Source of the DNA: Oopsacas minuta
Lineage: Eukaryota > Animalia > Porifera
DNA: 64,000 nt
Direction of reading: 5' to 3'
Assembly (NCBI GenBank): GCA_024704765.1
Contig: JAKMXF010000297.1
Coordinates: forward strand, 248,001-312,000
The position numbers were made by a program, and so were the translations under genes. Of this stretch, positions 35,705 to 48,164 are shown piece after piece (the stretch's first letter is position 1; each line of letters begins with the position of its first letter). The notes beneath the pieces are model-generated. The model saw nothing but the letters and a program-made list of their open reading frames with translations. It was not told the origin of the DNA and made no database searches.

Positions 35705-36189
35705 TTGACTAAAACTGTCCAATTGTTCATTTAAGAATGAATATGAGTAAACGAGATACCATTCAGCATCTCTGTACTGGCATTTAATTTTGAGTCGTGT
35801 CAGGTTTATAACTAGTTATTGATCTAGGTCAATTCGTTAACTGACCTTTCTATTAAATTCATAGATTCAACACAGCTATTTAACCTTTTTATCGTATGCA
35901 TGTTACCAAGGAATTACCTAGATGTGTAGGACTTTTGGAGGATGATTTGCGATCAAAGATATTTTATGAGCTTGAAATATGTCTTAATTCCTTATACCGT
36001 AAACCGTAACATTAATTAGCTGTGATTCAGGCGTATGTATATTTGACGAAAGGTTTAATAGGAGTGTGTTCTCAAGAACCTCTATAATTATCAATGTTAC
36101 TATTGTAGGCATGTTAACTTAATTAGCTTACCATATTGTCATCTCATGCTTATTTAGCAGAATGTTTGGCCATAGCATTTTATGGTTTG

Positions 36190-36405
36190 GACTTTGGCAA
36201 ATATCGAAATATCGATATCGGTTAAAATATCCGATATCAATATGATATATCTGAAAATTGCTCGGTACGGAAAATATCGAACCAATCATCCGAAATAAAT
36301 AAATATCGATACTTCCATATGTTCGATTTCGAAATCCGGATATATTTGGATAAAATATGGAAATTTACGATATTTTGTAATTTTCATATTCGATATATCC
36401 AAACT
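36190..36405. mobile_element. Probable MITE rich in ATATCG repeats
   Basis: Many atatcga/atatccga motifs; imperfect ends actttggcaaatatcga / tcgatatatccaaact. Confidence 0.45.
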
Positions 36406-36577
36406 TTGTTTAATACACGCCTGTAGTTGTATGTGTTGCCAAGAAGCTCGTTTATTATCCTCATTTTAGCCTCTTGATGCTCTAATTTATTGTAAATTTT
36501 ATTGTTGTTTACATTTTTAATTACTCACGCTCATTCACCTAAGTTCGTACATAAGTACTTGTCAATTAATTGTCTTC

Positions 36578-37159
36578 ATGGAACGCAAATTGAAGGATTC
36601 CTGGGCTAAATGGCACAACTTAGTCTTCAAGTGGGACGAATTAAATAAAGATACCTTCAATCAACTTCAGAAATTATTGAATAATCGTACACAAATAGAT
36701 TATTATCTAGCTCCATCTTTGGACATACTTAATTCAGTCTCTGAGTTAAAGGAAACAGTAATTTCACAATTATATATCGAGCAATGTCAACTAAAATCTG
36801 CCCTCAATAGAACGAGAGGAAAGTTCCTCAAACTTGCAGGAGATATGGAAACCTTAACCCAGGAGCTTACCTCTTGTGAGGAGCTAATAATAAGTGAATC
36901 AAACGAGTGGTTACAATACTCACCACACCCTAACTTCCCTTCTTTCACTCTCTCTCATTTCAGGCTTTTCTCAGAAAGATTGCTATTTCTGTATCGCAAG
37001 GAACTTCACATTAAACTTATTCTCCTTAAAGAACTACCCATTGCTAAGACTGAGGATTCCAAGGTACTGTATCTTACTACATGGTCATTTGAGCCATTCT
37101 TAGATAAAGAGCTGACTTTCAGTCTCAATCTAATACTCTCTATTTTAGACATCAAGTAG
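36578..37159 (+). CDS. CINP: CDK2-interacting protein (193 aa), intronless
   Basis: RKLKDSWAKWHNLVFKWDELN and LYRKELHIK...YLTTWSFEPFLD match the CINP motifs (RKIKDNAADWHNLILKW; YRKELLLK...YLSMWLHQPYV). Confidence 0.85.
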   Translation: MERKLKDSWAKWHNLVFKWDELNKDTFNQLQKLLNNRTQIDYYLAPSLDILNSVSELKETVISQLYIEQCQLKSALNRTRGKFLKLAGDMETLTQELTSCEELIISESNEWLQYSPHPNFPSFTLSHFRLFSERLLFLYRKELHIKLILLKELPIAKTEDSKVLYLTTWSFEPFLDKELTFSLNLILSILDIK

Positions 37160-37518
37160 ATGTATAGAATACGTGTTATTTAGTTATACTCTAATTGCTA
37201 CCACATGACAAGTACGTCCTTCCGGTTACTATCAATTACAAGCAGTGTCGGATTAACCATATGGCAGAAGTGGCATTTGCCCCGCTCCCGCACTCTCCGA
37301 ATTCCGATTGTGTATTCTTTCTTCTAAACTTCTTTTCTAGAAATCTTTGGGCTCCAGACACGGGACCCCAGAATAAATCCAAGCTACCTATCATAGAATT
37401 TTAGTGGTATGATTAGAAATCCTGTCATCTCACTTAACAAGCTGGAAATGAGACTTGTAATTGTTTTGCGAGATTTACTTAGTTAAATTATAATAAAGCG
37501 CAACTTCTTTCTTTCATA

Positions 37519-37562
37519 CAGTTTTACAATCAGTTTTACAATCAGTTTTACAATCAGTTTTA
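37519..37562. repeat. 12-bp tandem repeat (cagttttacaat) x3.6
   Basis: Read directly. Confidence 0.9.
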
Positions 37563-37643
37563 TTAAGCTACGACGTAGTTCACTTTCATGAAGAATATAT
37601 TTTTTGTAGGATGAAAATTTGCTTTTATTTTTTAGCTTATACA

Positions 37644-38438
37644 ATGGTCAGACGCGCGTTCATATTGATTCCTGCATTCTGTATACACTTGTGCGTTATA
37701 CTCTACTCTTTATACATAGAGTACAAGTTCCTATACCTCTGTCAGCTGTTTGGTTCTCTTTCTAACACATTATTCTATATACACTGGTTCTGTGCAATAT
37801 CTGCATTATGTCTGCATTCCTTCCTGCTATTCCTGGACCCAGGATACACCGAGAAGAACACAGCTACAGAAAAAGACGTACCTGATCATCTCGTGCATAA
37901 GGAACGGATCAGATTCTGCGATAAATGCAACTCTCTCAAAACCCCACGTATTCACCACTGCAGCACCTGTGCTCGCTGCGTGTGGCGCATGGATCACCAC
38001 TGTGTATGGCTAGCTCGTTGTGTAGGTCATCGTAATCAGAAGTATTTCATTCACCTACTATTCTATCAGCTGTGTTGTGCATACATGGATATCGTTGTTG
38101 TATCAGGTGCCGTGTTATTTGGCGGTACAGTACCTGAATGTCAAGAGAGACTACCTTTTGATGGATACGGAACTCGTATTTTCAACGTATGCTTCTCTTA
38201 TGCCATGTGTATCGGATTCATTGCCTTCCTGTCTAACTTATTCTTGATACAACTGTACTGTGCAGCTTATGATACAACTTATGTAGAGATTATGAAGGGA
38301 AGGAAGTCAAGCAACAAATCTACAACAATGGATAATTTGAGAATGGTATGTGGTCCCTTACCACTCTTGTGGGTAATTCCGTGTACTGCTCCACAACAAG
38401 TAGAGTCAGTTAGACCAGCAGAACTGTTCAGTGCTTGA
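37644..38438 (+). CDS. DHHC palmitoyltransferase (ZDHHC family), intronless
   Basis: FCDKC...KTPRIHHCSTCARCVWRMDHHCVWLARCVGHRNQKYF, four TM segments, DTTYVE (TTxE motif). Confidence 0.92.
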   Translation: MVRRAFILIPAFCIHLCVILYSLYIEYKFLYLCQLFGSLSNTLFYIHWFCAISALCLHSFLLFLDPGYTEKNTATEKDVPDHLVHKERIRFCDKCNSLKTPRIHHCSTCARCVWRMDHHCVWLARCVGHRNQKYFIHLLFYQLCCAYMDIVVVSGAVLFGGTVPECQERLPFDGYGTRIFNVCFSYAMCIGFIAFLSNLFLIQLYCAAYDTTYVEIMKGRKSSNKSTTMDNLRMVCGPLPLLWVIPCTAPQQVESVRPAELFSA

Positions 38439-38586
38439 TGTTGTTTTGTTTTAAGTCGTTGATGTAGCTTGTTTTAAGGTTCATATAAGTATATTTATAA
38501 AAGATATTCTCTATACAATGACTCTACATTATTTCCTACCAATTTAGAAAATATTTAACCATAATTCATTTACCAGTGTTTAGCAT

Positions 38587-41500
38587 ATGGCTTCTAAATC
38601 ATACAGTCCAAGAGTACGAGGTTCTTTGTCAATACACAGCGACAGTACTCTACCCCCTGAAGTTATCCGACACTTCTTCTTTCCGAAGAGTTGTCCCCTT
38701 CTAGCTGATTCTTGTGCACTATATGAATTGCAGCTTAGTCCAGGACGGAAGAAAAACTTTCTACAACAGAGGGCCATGTCGCCTACTAGCTTTATGGAAT
38801 CTCCAAACGATAACTTGGTATGTATTTCCTATTCTCTTTTCCTTTATTATTATTTATAAACAGTAAAATTTATAGTTCTTGTCCATCAATCGGGCAGACG
38901 GCTACTGGTTCGAGACGAAGCCATCTGCTCGCCGGTACACTAACAGTGCTAGTACAAACAGTAGCTCGTCTCGTGGAGGTTCTGCTAGAACTGAGCATAC
39001 ATTAGATTTACTGGGAGAGGAACCTAATGTAGCAATTAGGAAGAAGAGAAGAGCTGCTCAGAGTTTTGGAGGCTACGAGGAATGTGATTTGTATAAGTTG
39101 ATACGAGATGAAGGTCAGCTGGATCGTGTGTATAGTTCTCTGTAATTTTACTTATTACTTCAATTTTAGATATACATTTGATATACGAGATTGAATATCA
39201 TGAAAGTGAGAACTATCGCAGATTCTTCAAAGATCGTCCTCACTTCAACTATTTTACTCACTCAAGTTCTGAATCTAAGCAAGGTCCTTGCCTCCTCTCT
39301 ATAATGCCGTATAGCGAATCTAGCTACCAACCTAACAATCCTTCTTTTAATGTAAGTTCTACAGTCAACTCTAGTTATATCCAAGCTGAAGGGACCGCGA
39401 TAATTAATCCGGTATGAGAAGAGTTTGATATAACCGATGGAATGATGTTACTCTGATGGTTTGTGACCATATTGTGCAATTTTAGGCTCCGATATAACGG
39501 GGAGTTAGCCGTATCTTTATTTACAGTAGTGCAATAATTATTGCCATTGCATGCAACAAAATGTCTATACAAAAATATCTAAATCAAAATAAATAAAAAG
39601 ATCTTTGTCATCATGATACAGCACATAATTGGTTAATACGTAATACCCTCTATCTGAGTCTATCAAATATACTCACTCGATTTAGACAATTAGTGATACA
39701 GTCCTATACTACATATTTCACACCTTTAGTTATGTGTATAATTCTAATTTAACAAAATCCCTTCCTCAGCCCCCTCTGCATCCTCATTCAAATGCTCCCC
39801 TCTACCGAGTAATCCTCAGATCAAAGGAGCACTTCTTGCATGGAATAATCAAAGCTAAAGATTTCCATGCTTCTAACGTTAGAAGTTGTGTACAAGCACT
39901 TGCCAGAGAACTGACGTTGGAAGAACAGTTCAGATTTGCAACATATCCTAAGGCAGAGCTAGAGATACTCAACATGGATGAAGCATTTGTCAAGGATAAG
40001 GTCAATTATTAATTTGTAGAATACGTATCTACAGTAGAACTCGGTTAAACGTGCTTGTCTCGAAAAACCGTAATTTTCTCCTATCTAATCCAATGATTCG
40101 GTTAAGACGGACTATATCTTATCTTATCGTTAGAAATCTGAATAATACTAAACTTCCATTAATTATTTCGGGGTAATTATTCGTATACTACGTACGTAGA
40201 TTCATACTGTTAGTGATAAGACATACCTCGGTTAATATAGGTTTTTTTGTTTCCCAAGCGAGTACGTCTTAACCGAGTTCTACTGTACAACAATAAGATT
40301 TTGATTGTAACATTAATTGTTATATACATAGTATTATGTTTATATAGGTTAAAGTAGGAGTGATAAATATAAAACCAGGACAGAAGACAGAACTAGAATT
40401 CTTAAGTAATCAAGATGAGCCAGGTCTGTTCAGAGACTTCCTAGCTATTCTCGGAGATCGTGTTGATCTGAAAGGATTCCCTGAGTTTGATGGGGGGTTG
40501 GATATATGCAATAACACTACAGGGAAGTATTCTGTTTACACGAGGTAAGACTATCTTCGTTCCCATAATATAAATCCGATTACAAACATACTTAGAGACA
40601 GACATTCCACCTACTCTCTTAATATTGTATTATTTAGATGGGAGGGATATGAGGTAATGTGTCATGTCGCTACACTACTACCTTACTCCCCAACTGATGA
40701 ACAGATGGTACAGAAGAAGAGACACATAGGAAATGATTTGGTTTGTATTATATTTTTAGAAGGAGATGCTGTATTCTCACCGCGAGCAGTTAAGTCTCAA
40801 TACATACACGTATTCATTGTGGTTAAAGTATGCTACGAAAGAGATACTGATCTACCAGTAAGTAAATTGTATTATATAGCTTAAATACAACAACGGGTTC
40901 GTATAAATGGGATGATAATATAATGTCAAATTCTATAAATTGCGGTTAGGTATACGAATAGTTAGTACGGAAGTAGTATAGTGGATGCACGGTTATAAAC
41001 GGTTATAAGAACGCCCTTTGAAGTAGCCAAGCATGTTATAATAACCGCACTATATATCAGGAGAACCGTGAATTTTAATTCATATATTCACTCAGATATT
41101 ATATGCTTTTATGGAGGTTCGGTAAGCTGTCAATAAACTTTCCGTCTCTCTCCTCGTAACATCATGTGCAATCCTTGAATAGTAGTATGTGGAGTATAGG
41201 TATCCTACGTATAGAAATATTAATACCGAGTCGAACTGTATTATCCCTAAGTCACACAAGGTTAATAGTACGGCTGAAATGTAGCCTGAAGCTAATACTC
41301 CCTCCTGACTAGGCTCTGGCAATGTAACATGATATGTTGATTGGAAAAAACAAGGATCAGCTGGAATCAGTCCCACCCAGTTTCCTACTGTGCTACATAA
41401 CACAGAAATTAGATATATCGTTAGTGAAATAATGAATATTGTTATTCTTCTTTGAAATTTAGTAATTATCCTATCCTGCTGCCCATATCTCGAGTTACAA

Positions 41501-44268
41501 TCTAGCCAATAAGTATTATCTCTTCTACCCTTTAGAATATTGTTTAGTTTCAGCGAGAGCTTGATAAACATAACGTAATCTATCGTCAAAAGGATTACAA
41601 ATGCTACCGATCCTGCCAAAAATGTCCATAGTATTCCAGTCAACAAAAAGACAATAAAGAATTGAATGTATGCGAAAACTAGGAATTGGTAAATACGATT
41701 AAAATTAACTTTACACCCTTGGACGTTGTGGGCTTGTGCCAGATAGTACATAAGAACTGATAATAGTAAAACTAACGAAAGCAATAACCCATCTGTAATG
41801 CCAATACGAAAGAGATGGATAGGGAGCCAAGAGAATGAATTCACTGGTGGGTAGATGGCGTGCAATCTGTTACATGATGTCCAGTAGGAATAGGTGGAGG
41901 TGATGTTTTGAGGTAAATACCCGAAGAGGAAAAATAAGCCGTATCCAATTCCTTTTATAAATAAGTGCAATGCTTCAACAATAAGTATAATGATGAAAAA
42001 TATGTTTGTATACAATTCTATGGTCGCTTGAGTGTATTCGTTTGTTGTTTCGGGAGTATTTCTTCGCTTCAACCATTGTCTTCTTATTCGTTTCAGTAGG
42101 AAGAGCGACCAACAACTAGAGAATGTGAATACAGTGAGGTTACCTATCACAACCAGACTGAGTAATGTTGGGAAAAGATAGCCAAGAATTTCAAAGAACA
42201 ACATGACTTTATCCTGATGATAAATTGGTGAAATCTCAAATTAATATGCTAGTATACCGCACAATGTAACTAAGTTAGAGTTGCTAGTTGGACTAATTAA
42301 TAATTCATTATTTGAAAGCTGATATCGGCTATAAAATTACCTGCTTCTACTAAATTCAGAAGAATCGTGTATGACTCATTTTCTCCTCTACTGCTATTGC
42401 AATGGACTTTAATGTTGTTTGAAATTTTCATTTATATTTATCACCATTGTAGGTTCGCTACAAGATAGCTACTGTATGCAGGGATGGCGTGCCTATATCC
42501 AGTCCTTATCTTTTTGAGAAAGATATCTTCGAACCAGGCCCAGAACTCAAAGATTTCATTATCTGTAAATGTATCAATTCTGAGAAAGCTGCTGTGAAGA
42601 GTCCCAAATTCCAGCAGCTACAGAAACGTACTCGTACGTACTTATTACAGCACTTGTGTAGAGCCATGGAGGATTATGAGTGTGTGCGGAAATTTCCTCT
42701 TCGAAAAGGAATAGAACATTCATTACAATTAAAGGCTGAGATTTACGAGAATGTAGAGAGATTAGTCTCTGATTATAGAAAAGTATTTTCAGCACCAGAA
42801 GTATGTGATGTTGTTTTTATTGTTAGTCCTAACCAAGTCCCAATTTTCGGTAAGTCATTTCAACAAATTTGATACGGACAGTCCTCTGATATACGTAGAT
42901 ACGGGGTGCTAGGGGCCCCGAAATTGCTACCCAGTTTCCCTGTTTCTGCCAAATTCCCCGTTTGTGGAAGTTTAACTGTGTGTACTTGTATAATAATTTG
43001 ATAGGAATAAAGGCTATTATAGCAAGCAGATCCAGAACTCTAGCCAGCTTACTCAACCAGTCACCTGTTAAAGAGAAAAAGCATAAGAAACAAACAAAGA
43101 GATCTGCTCTCACTAGACGACCTAGTAATTCTATATCTCATAAACTACGTCGCAAGTTCAACTGTGAATCTCCTGTACTACAGCGTCCTACTAGCCCATT
43201 ACTCAGGAGCAGTAAGAGGAAATATTTCAGAGGGAAGAGGAGTAGCTTTAGAGGAGTAGAGAAGCTCAGTATACGGGTACTTAAGGAGTATTCACACCTT
43301 GACCAGTACTGGTTCGAGGAATTTGACGAGGTAGATTATCACATATCTGTATTATACTTACATTTACTGATTATTCTATATAGATAAGCTTCAGTCAATT
43401 AATGGAGTATCTACTGTGTGGACAATGTGTTATCAATCCACTGACGATAGCTGGACTAGTTGGAGCATCAGATTTGTTTGATTTACCAGAACTAAGACAA
43501 GCTTGTTTTGAACATCTTCCTCACTGCTTGTTAGTTGACTTAATCTGTCCAGTGCTATCTTCCCTTGAATCCTATATTCATTTCCCAAGCGCTAAGACTC
43601 TTACAGTTAAAGTTAGTTAAGATTTTAATTTCGTATGTACTGTGTTGTCATGTGTACTTCTGGTAGGTTTTAGCGTTCTTAGATCTCAATGCTGAAGATG
43701 TTCTCTGTTCTGACTTCTTTCCAAATATTTCAGAGTTCTTACTCTCTTCTATTATGCAGCGGAACCTGAGAGCCCAGGAAGAAATGAAGTTAGATGCAAT
43801 TCTAGCATGGGCAGACGCTCACTCACTACCGCTTGAACAAGGAAACACTTTCATCAGTAAATATTAGTATATTCTCAAATATGTTACTAATACTACGTAG
43901 TAGGTTCATAGTCTCCAAAATTTTACCAAGCTAATATTCGTATGTCATCAATATATTTTTGCTGACATGTAATTTTCAATTTCACTTACTATTAAGTAAG
44001 TTACAGTAGAACTCGCATATTCCCGACCGCTGTGTGAGTACTCGCTCTCGCTAAGTGTCGGATCAGACAGTTATATGCAGTAGAATTGGTCATACAACAT
44101 ACATACGCTATATCTATAGGTCATATGCTTCAAAAATTGGACCTCAAGAAGCTGTCTTCATCTCAACTGATGCAGCTTGCTAACGTTAATGTAATAGATA
44201 CAGACGCTGCTATGCAGGCTATTGCATTCCAGCTTGATCCGAACTCAGTCGGGTCTTCTGAAGTTTGA
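38587..44268 (+). CDS. RapGAP-BTB-BACK fusion protein; 11 exons (38587-38817, 38876-39125, 39170-39351, 39770-40000, 40348-40544, 40638-40857, 42453-42849, 43005-43330, 43384-43611, 43667-43856, 44120-44268), 866 aa
   Basis: Rap1GAP motifs YRRFF..RPHFNY, GGLD..NNTTG..SVYT, KKRHIGND (catalytic Asn), KFQQLQKRTR, then CDVVFIV...GIKAIIASRSR, EEFDE.SFSQLMEY..CG and BACK-like EEMKLDAILAW...AIAFQLDP. All junctions are GT-AG and in phase. Confidence 0.85.
40032..40285. mobile_element. 254-bp TA-flanked MITE (Tc1/mariner-pogo type) in RapGAP intron 4
   Basis: Perfect 17-bp TIR cagtagaactcggttaa / ttaaccgagttctactg with TA on both sides. Confidence 0.88.
41092..42204 (-). CDS. Orphan seven-transmembrane protein (370 aa), intronless, nested antisense in RapGAP intron 6
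   Basis: Uninterrupted 1113-nt ORF in AT-rich DNA; about seven hydrophobic segments, basic loops after TM1 and TM5, Cys in the loops after TM2 and TM6. Confidence 0.8.
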   Translation of the reverse strand: MLFFEILGYLFPTLLSLVVIGNLTVFTFSSCWSLFLLKRIRRQWLKRRNTPETTNEYTQATIELYTNIFFIIILIVEALHLFIKGIGYGLFFLFGYLPQNITSTYSYWTSCNRLHAIYPPVNSFSWLPIHLFRIGITDGLLLSLVLLLSVLMYYLAQAHNVQGCKVNFNRIYQFLVFAYIQFFIVFLLTGILWTFLAGSVAFVILLTIDYVMFIKLSLKLNNILKGRRDNTYWLDCNSRYGQQDRIITKFQRRITIFIISLTIYLISVLCSTVGNWVGLIPADPCFFQSTYHVTLPEPSQEGVLASGYISAVLLTLCDLGIIQFDSVLIFLYVGYLYSTYYYSRIAHDVTRRETESLLTAYRTSIKAYNI

Positions 44269-44547
44269 TACAAATCTATGATTTATTTACAGCCTGACGT
44301 CACTATTCCTCGCTCTAAGAATCTAATATACTCTCAGAGCATTAAATTCAAACTAATGTTAAACAGAATCTCATGTAATCTTTTCACTTATGTTATATGT
44401 ACATAATTGTTGAATTCTGAGTATACCGTTTTTATTGTGATTTTAATCATTGTTAAGCTATTATATTCTCACTTACCAAAAAGCGCGCATTATTTCCGAT
44501 AAGTTTAACAATTTATCCATCACTTACAACTGTACAAGTTCTACTAG

Positions 44548-45490
44548 ATGTCTCTGCAATCAGGTTACCCCACAGGTACTCCATACGGTCAGCCTCCTCC
44601 TTCTGGTCAGTATACAGGTGTCCCTACATATGCAAGTCCAGGTGCACCCGCCTATGGCATTCCTGGTGCCCCTCAGGCGTATGGTGCACCCGGGGCTCCA
44701 CAGGGCCAGCAACCCTATGTTACCCCAGGTGCTGCCCAGCCTACGCCGTATAGCGCCTCAGGTATTCCTCAAACCACATCCTACGGTGCTGTGGGTACCC
44801 CCAAACAATCCCCCTACAATCAACCAGATGTCCTACAAACCTCCTACGGAGCTCTTCCTGGTTCTATGCCTCAGGTTCCAGGATATGGAGCTCCAATGGG
44901 TGGCAACCCTTATGGTACACCCGCCCCTCCAGCTGATCCGATGTGGGCTGGTTTCTCTGCAGTAGCAGGGGCAGATCAGAAGATTGATGCTGTCGAGCTA
45001 TGCAAATGTTTGACTCAGTCTGGATTTACTGGTTCTTATAAGCCATTTACACAGGAAACCTGTAAGATTATGATTGTATTATTGGACAGAAATAAAACAG
45101 GTAATACTCTACATCATTTATAACTTAGAGAAATTTTCATTTTCTCTTTAATTAGGCAAGATGGATTTCCCTGAGTACAAAGAACTCTGGGTAGTTCTAG
45201 GGAAGTGGAAGCAGACATTTGAATCATTGGATAAAGATAGGTCTGGCTCTTTGGACGAGCAAGAGCTTAAATCTGCTGTTGCCAGTTTTGGCTTCACACT
45301 ATCTCCTACAGCTATCGCTGCAGTCATGCAGCGATACAACACGAATGGAAAGATCTATTTTGATGACTTCATAGCTCTTACTACAAGAATTCGCTCTCTG
45401 TCTAACTATTTTATGTCTCGTGATACCAATAGACAGGGGATAGCTACTCTTGGCTATGATGACTTTATGTCTCACGCTATGTCATGTTAA
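44548..45490 (+). CDS. Penta-EF-hand protein, sorcin/grancalcin type, with long G/P/Y-rich N-terminus; exons 44548-45100 and 45156-45490
   Basis: DPMWAGFSAVAGADQKIDAVEL..CLTQSG..GSYKPF..ETC.IMI.LLD, ELW.VL..WKQTF...DKDRSG, NGKIYFDDFI; 55-nt phase-1 intron. Confidence 0.9.
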
Positions 45491-45683
45491 TTCGGAGAGG
45501 TTGTGTCTATGTAATGATTATTTATATTTAGCCTCATATTGAGATTTTCTTAACTCTTGCTGACTCGCATTACAATGTATATTATGTGACATTTTATAAA
45601 CACATCATCGTCTCTATCTACCAGTCTATACCTTTATGTCTTATTATTCACCCTTATGAAAAGTAATTTTTGCAATATTACTA

Positions 45684-46011
45684 CAGTAGAACAACTTCTT
45701 TAAGTGGTCTCTATAAACGGGGAACCTCTATAAGAGAAGCAATTTCGTCCACTTTCATTCATTTTCATAGGAAAGAACCTCTATAACAGGAGAGTGGGGA
45801 ATGGGGCATACTTTAGAGAAAATTATGCCTCATACCATTGAAATTCACCTCTATAATTTGGGAATTCTACGAAAAATTTTCTGGTATACTCAATTTTGTA
45901 TTATATTAAGAACAATCACGTAATTATCGCTATTATAATAAATGGAGAATGGGGGGAGGTTATCCAGGAGATTCGCCGTCCCGACCTCCCCTACTTATAG
46001 AGGTTCTACTA
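45684..46011. mobile_element. CAGT-type MITE with repeated ACCTCTATAA motifs
   Basis: ta|cagtagaac... and ...cttatagaggttctacta|ta; at least four internal (g/c)aacctctataa-like copies. Confidence 0.6.
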
Positions 46012-48164
46012 TATTCCTAATTCTAAATCTAGTCATTAATATTTTCTCTTTCGCCGTTATTTCCGTGTTACAGCCGTTACTGTTGTTATCATCTATACCA
46101 GTTTGTATCAGTTTGTCAGTATTTCTACTCAATGGATTTACTAGATGTTACTACAAACTAATAAGTACATAGTTATGATACAAAATGACACAGGGTGATA
46201 TAACAAATTGAATTTATAATATGCAAATTTAAAACATGTAATAATGATAAAAGTATACCCCAGTCAAGGTTGTTAGCGCTGAAACCGTTATAAGTCGAGT
46301 AGCAACACCAAATTTGGTACAAAGTTGCACTAAGGTGTGCTTGAACTTTTTAGGAGGGGAGTTACTTCATCGAAGTTCAGGGGTTGTGGTGTACACTCAA
46401 TTTTATGTACCACTTATGGACACATTTTGAAGGTGTTTAAATGAATATAACTACTCTAGTTTGAATCGAAACAAATTTTGGTGTCGATATTCGTAATCAG
46501 AGAAAGATTTCACGTCGTTTGAGTGGTCACCCGAATATTTTCGGGAATATTGTCCCTCTGCAACACAGGAATGTGGTAACAATCCATTCTCAAATTTGCC
46601 CTAACCCTTAAAATATATGAATATAAGACACGCCTCATTTCCCTGAATTCTCAAATTCTTTGTGGATTTCTGATAAAATCCCGAGATAATCCTGGAAGGG
46701 TCGGAGAGTATGAGATTAGGAAAGGAAGGTGTAGTACACTCACTTTGTAGCATTAAGCGCGGAGCTAGAGTAATTCTTGCTCTTCCTATAATTATGAGAG
46801 AAGTATTGATAAATCCTATCTCTAACATAGTAACATACACCCTTCAATTTCATTGGAGACAGGAGTGTCTGAATGCATATCAAAATTGCGAATGACCTTT
46901 TCTTTGTCACACTAATGTCAATAATACACATTCTAAAATCCCGATATTTCCAAGCTTGGCTCTAATATATTTCCCTTCCAATATTGAATGAATTTGAAGA
47001 CTTACTCATATATATTCTCCAATGAATTGGTTGCTGTTACTACAATTAAATAATAGTTAGGTGGAGCTGTCGCGAAGACCCTCCTGTTTATGTTTATCTT
47101 ATTAGTAAATAATTATTGGATTTACATTCGTATCAACATATTACAAATCCCCCATGATTTACTTCACTTAATGGGTTGTTACATTTTGGTAGTAAGATAC
47201 ATATATGTTGTGTTGCTATCAATTTATTTGTAGGAATTTGCTACGAATAAAGATTCTTAAATATTTTGCATCAAAAGGAGGGTAGATGAGCTTTTGGGTA
47301 GTTAATTAAATCTGATACAAGAGGTGTATCAGTACCTGAAAGCTTGATAATTAACTAATTTGAGAAAATCTCAATTTCAACGACCAGACAAAGCTCCAAA
47401 ACTCACATCAAACAATCAGGAGGTAGTCTAGCATCCGGACAACATCTCTTGGAAGCCTGGACACTAATCCGAGAGGGCTATAATCCAAATAAGTGACCAA
47501 AATTTTCAGGGTAGGACGAAATTTCCAGTAACAGACCTGTCCGCAAGCCGCGCAGCAGGAAAAAGCAAGCAAAGGTGCTTTTATAATTTAGTTTTTAAAG
47601 TGAAAAGGAATCATAAAAATCTTTGAAGTTTTGTTTAAATTTCAACAACAAACGATTATCTCACTTTCAAAATACGATTATCTCATTTTCGTTAATACGA
47701 TGGATTCTATACTCATGACTGATCCTACCATTCATCCACAACCACACAATTTAATATTTCTATTAGCTGATATCTGATAATTTTTAAGTTTACACCCATC
47801 TGATACTCTATTGCTATTACTATATTTATACTACTTTAGGGATAGTCCAAAGGCTTTTGTGTCGAGTTCTACTGAAACTATATTGTCCTCCATCGCAACT
47901 AATAAGAACTACTGAGGTAATAATATTTGTATTTATTTTATTATTTGCATTGTCTTTTGGATATTTTTGTGCCCTGAGAAATGATATCCAATTTCTTTTT
48001 CGGAAACTTGACATTTTATTTACAAATAGAACAATTGTCATGGTTTAGAAGTATAGCAGGTATGATGTGAGAGGTGTATGTCACTTATAATAACACATTT
48101 TGTATATACCAGATATTGAAAAATTCTTATTTTTCGTAATAAAACCTATAATAAATAAATACTC

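Noticed and set aside
41092-42204. 7TM protein as a gustatory-receptor-like channel (IIQF near TM7)
   Set aside because: The TYhhhhhQF motif is not matched, QF is not near the C-terminus, and the loop pattern differs.
46599-46608. CCCTAACCCT telomere-like sequence
   Set aside because: Fewer than two full units; chance occurrence inside a repeat remnant.
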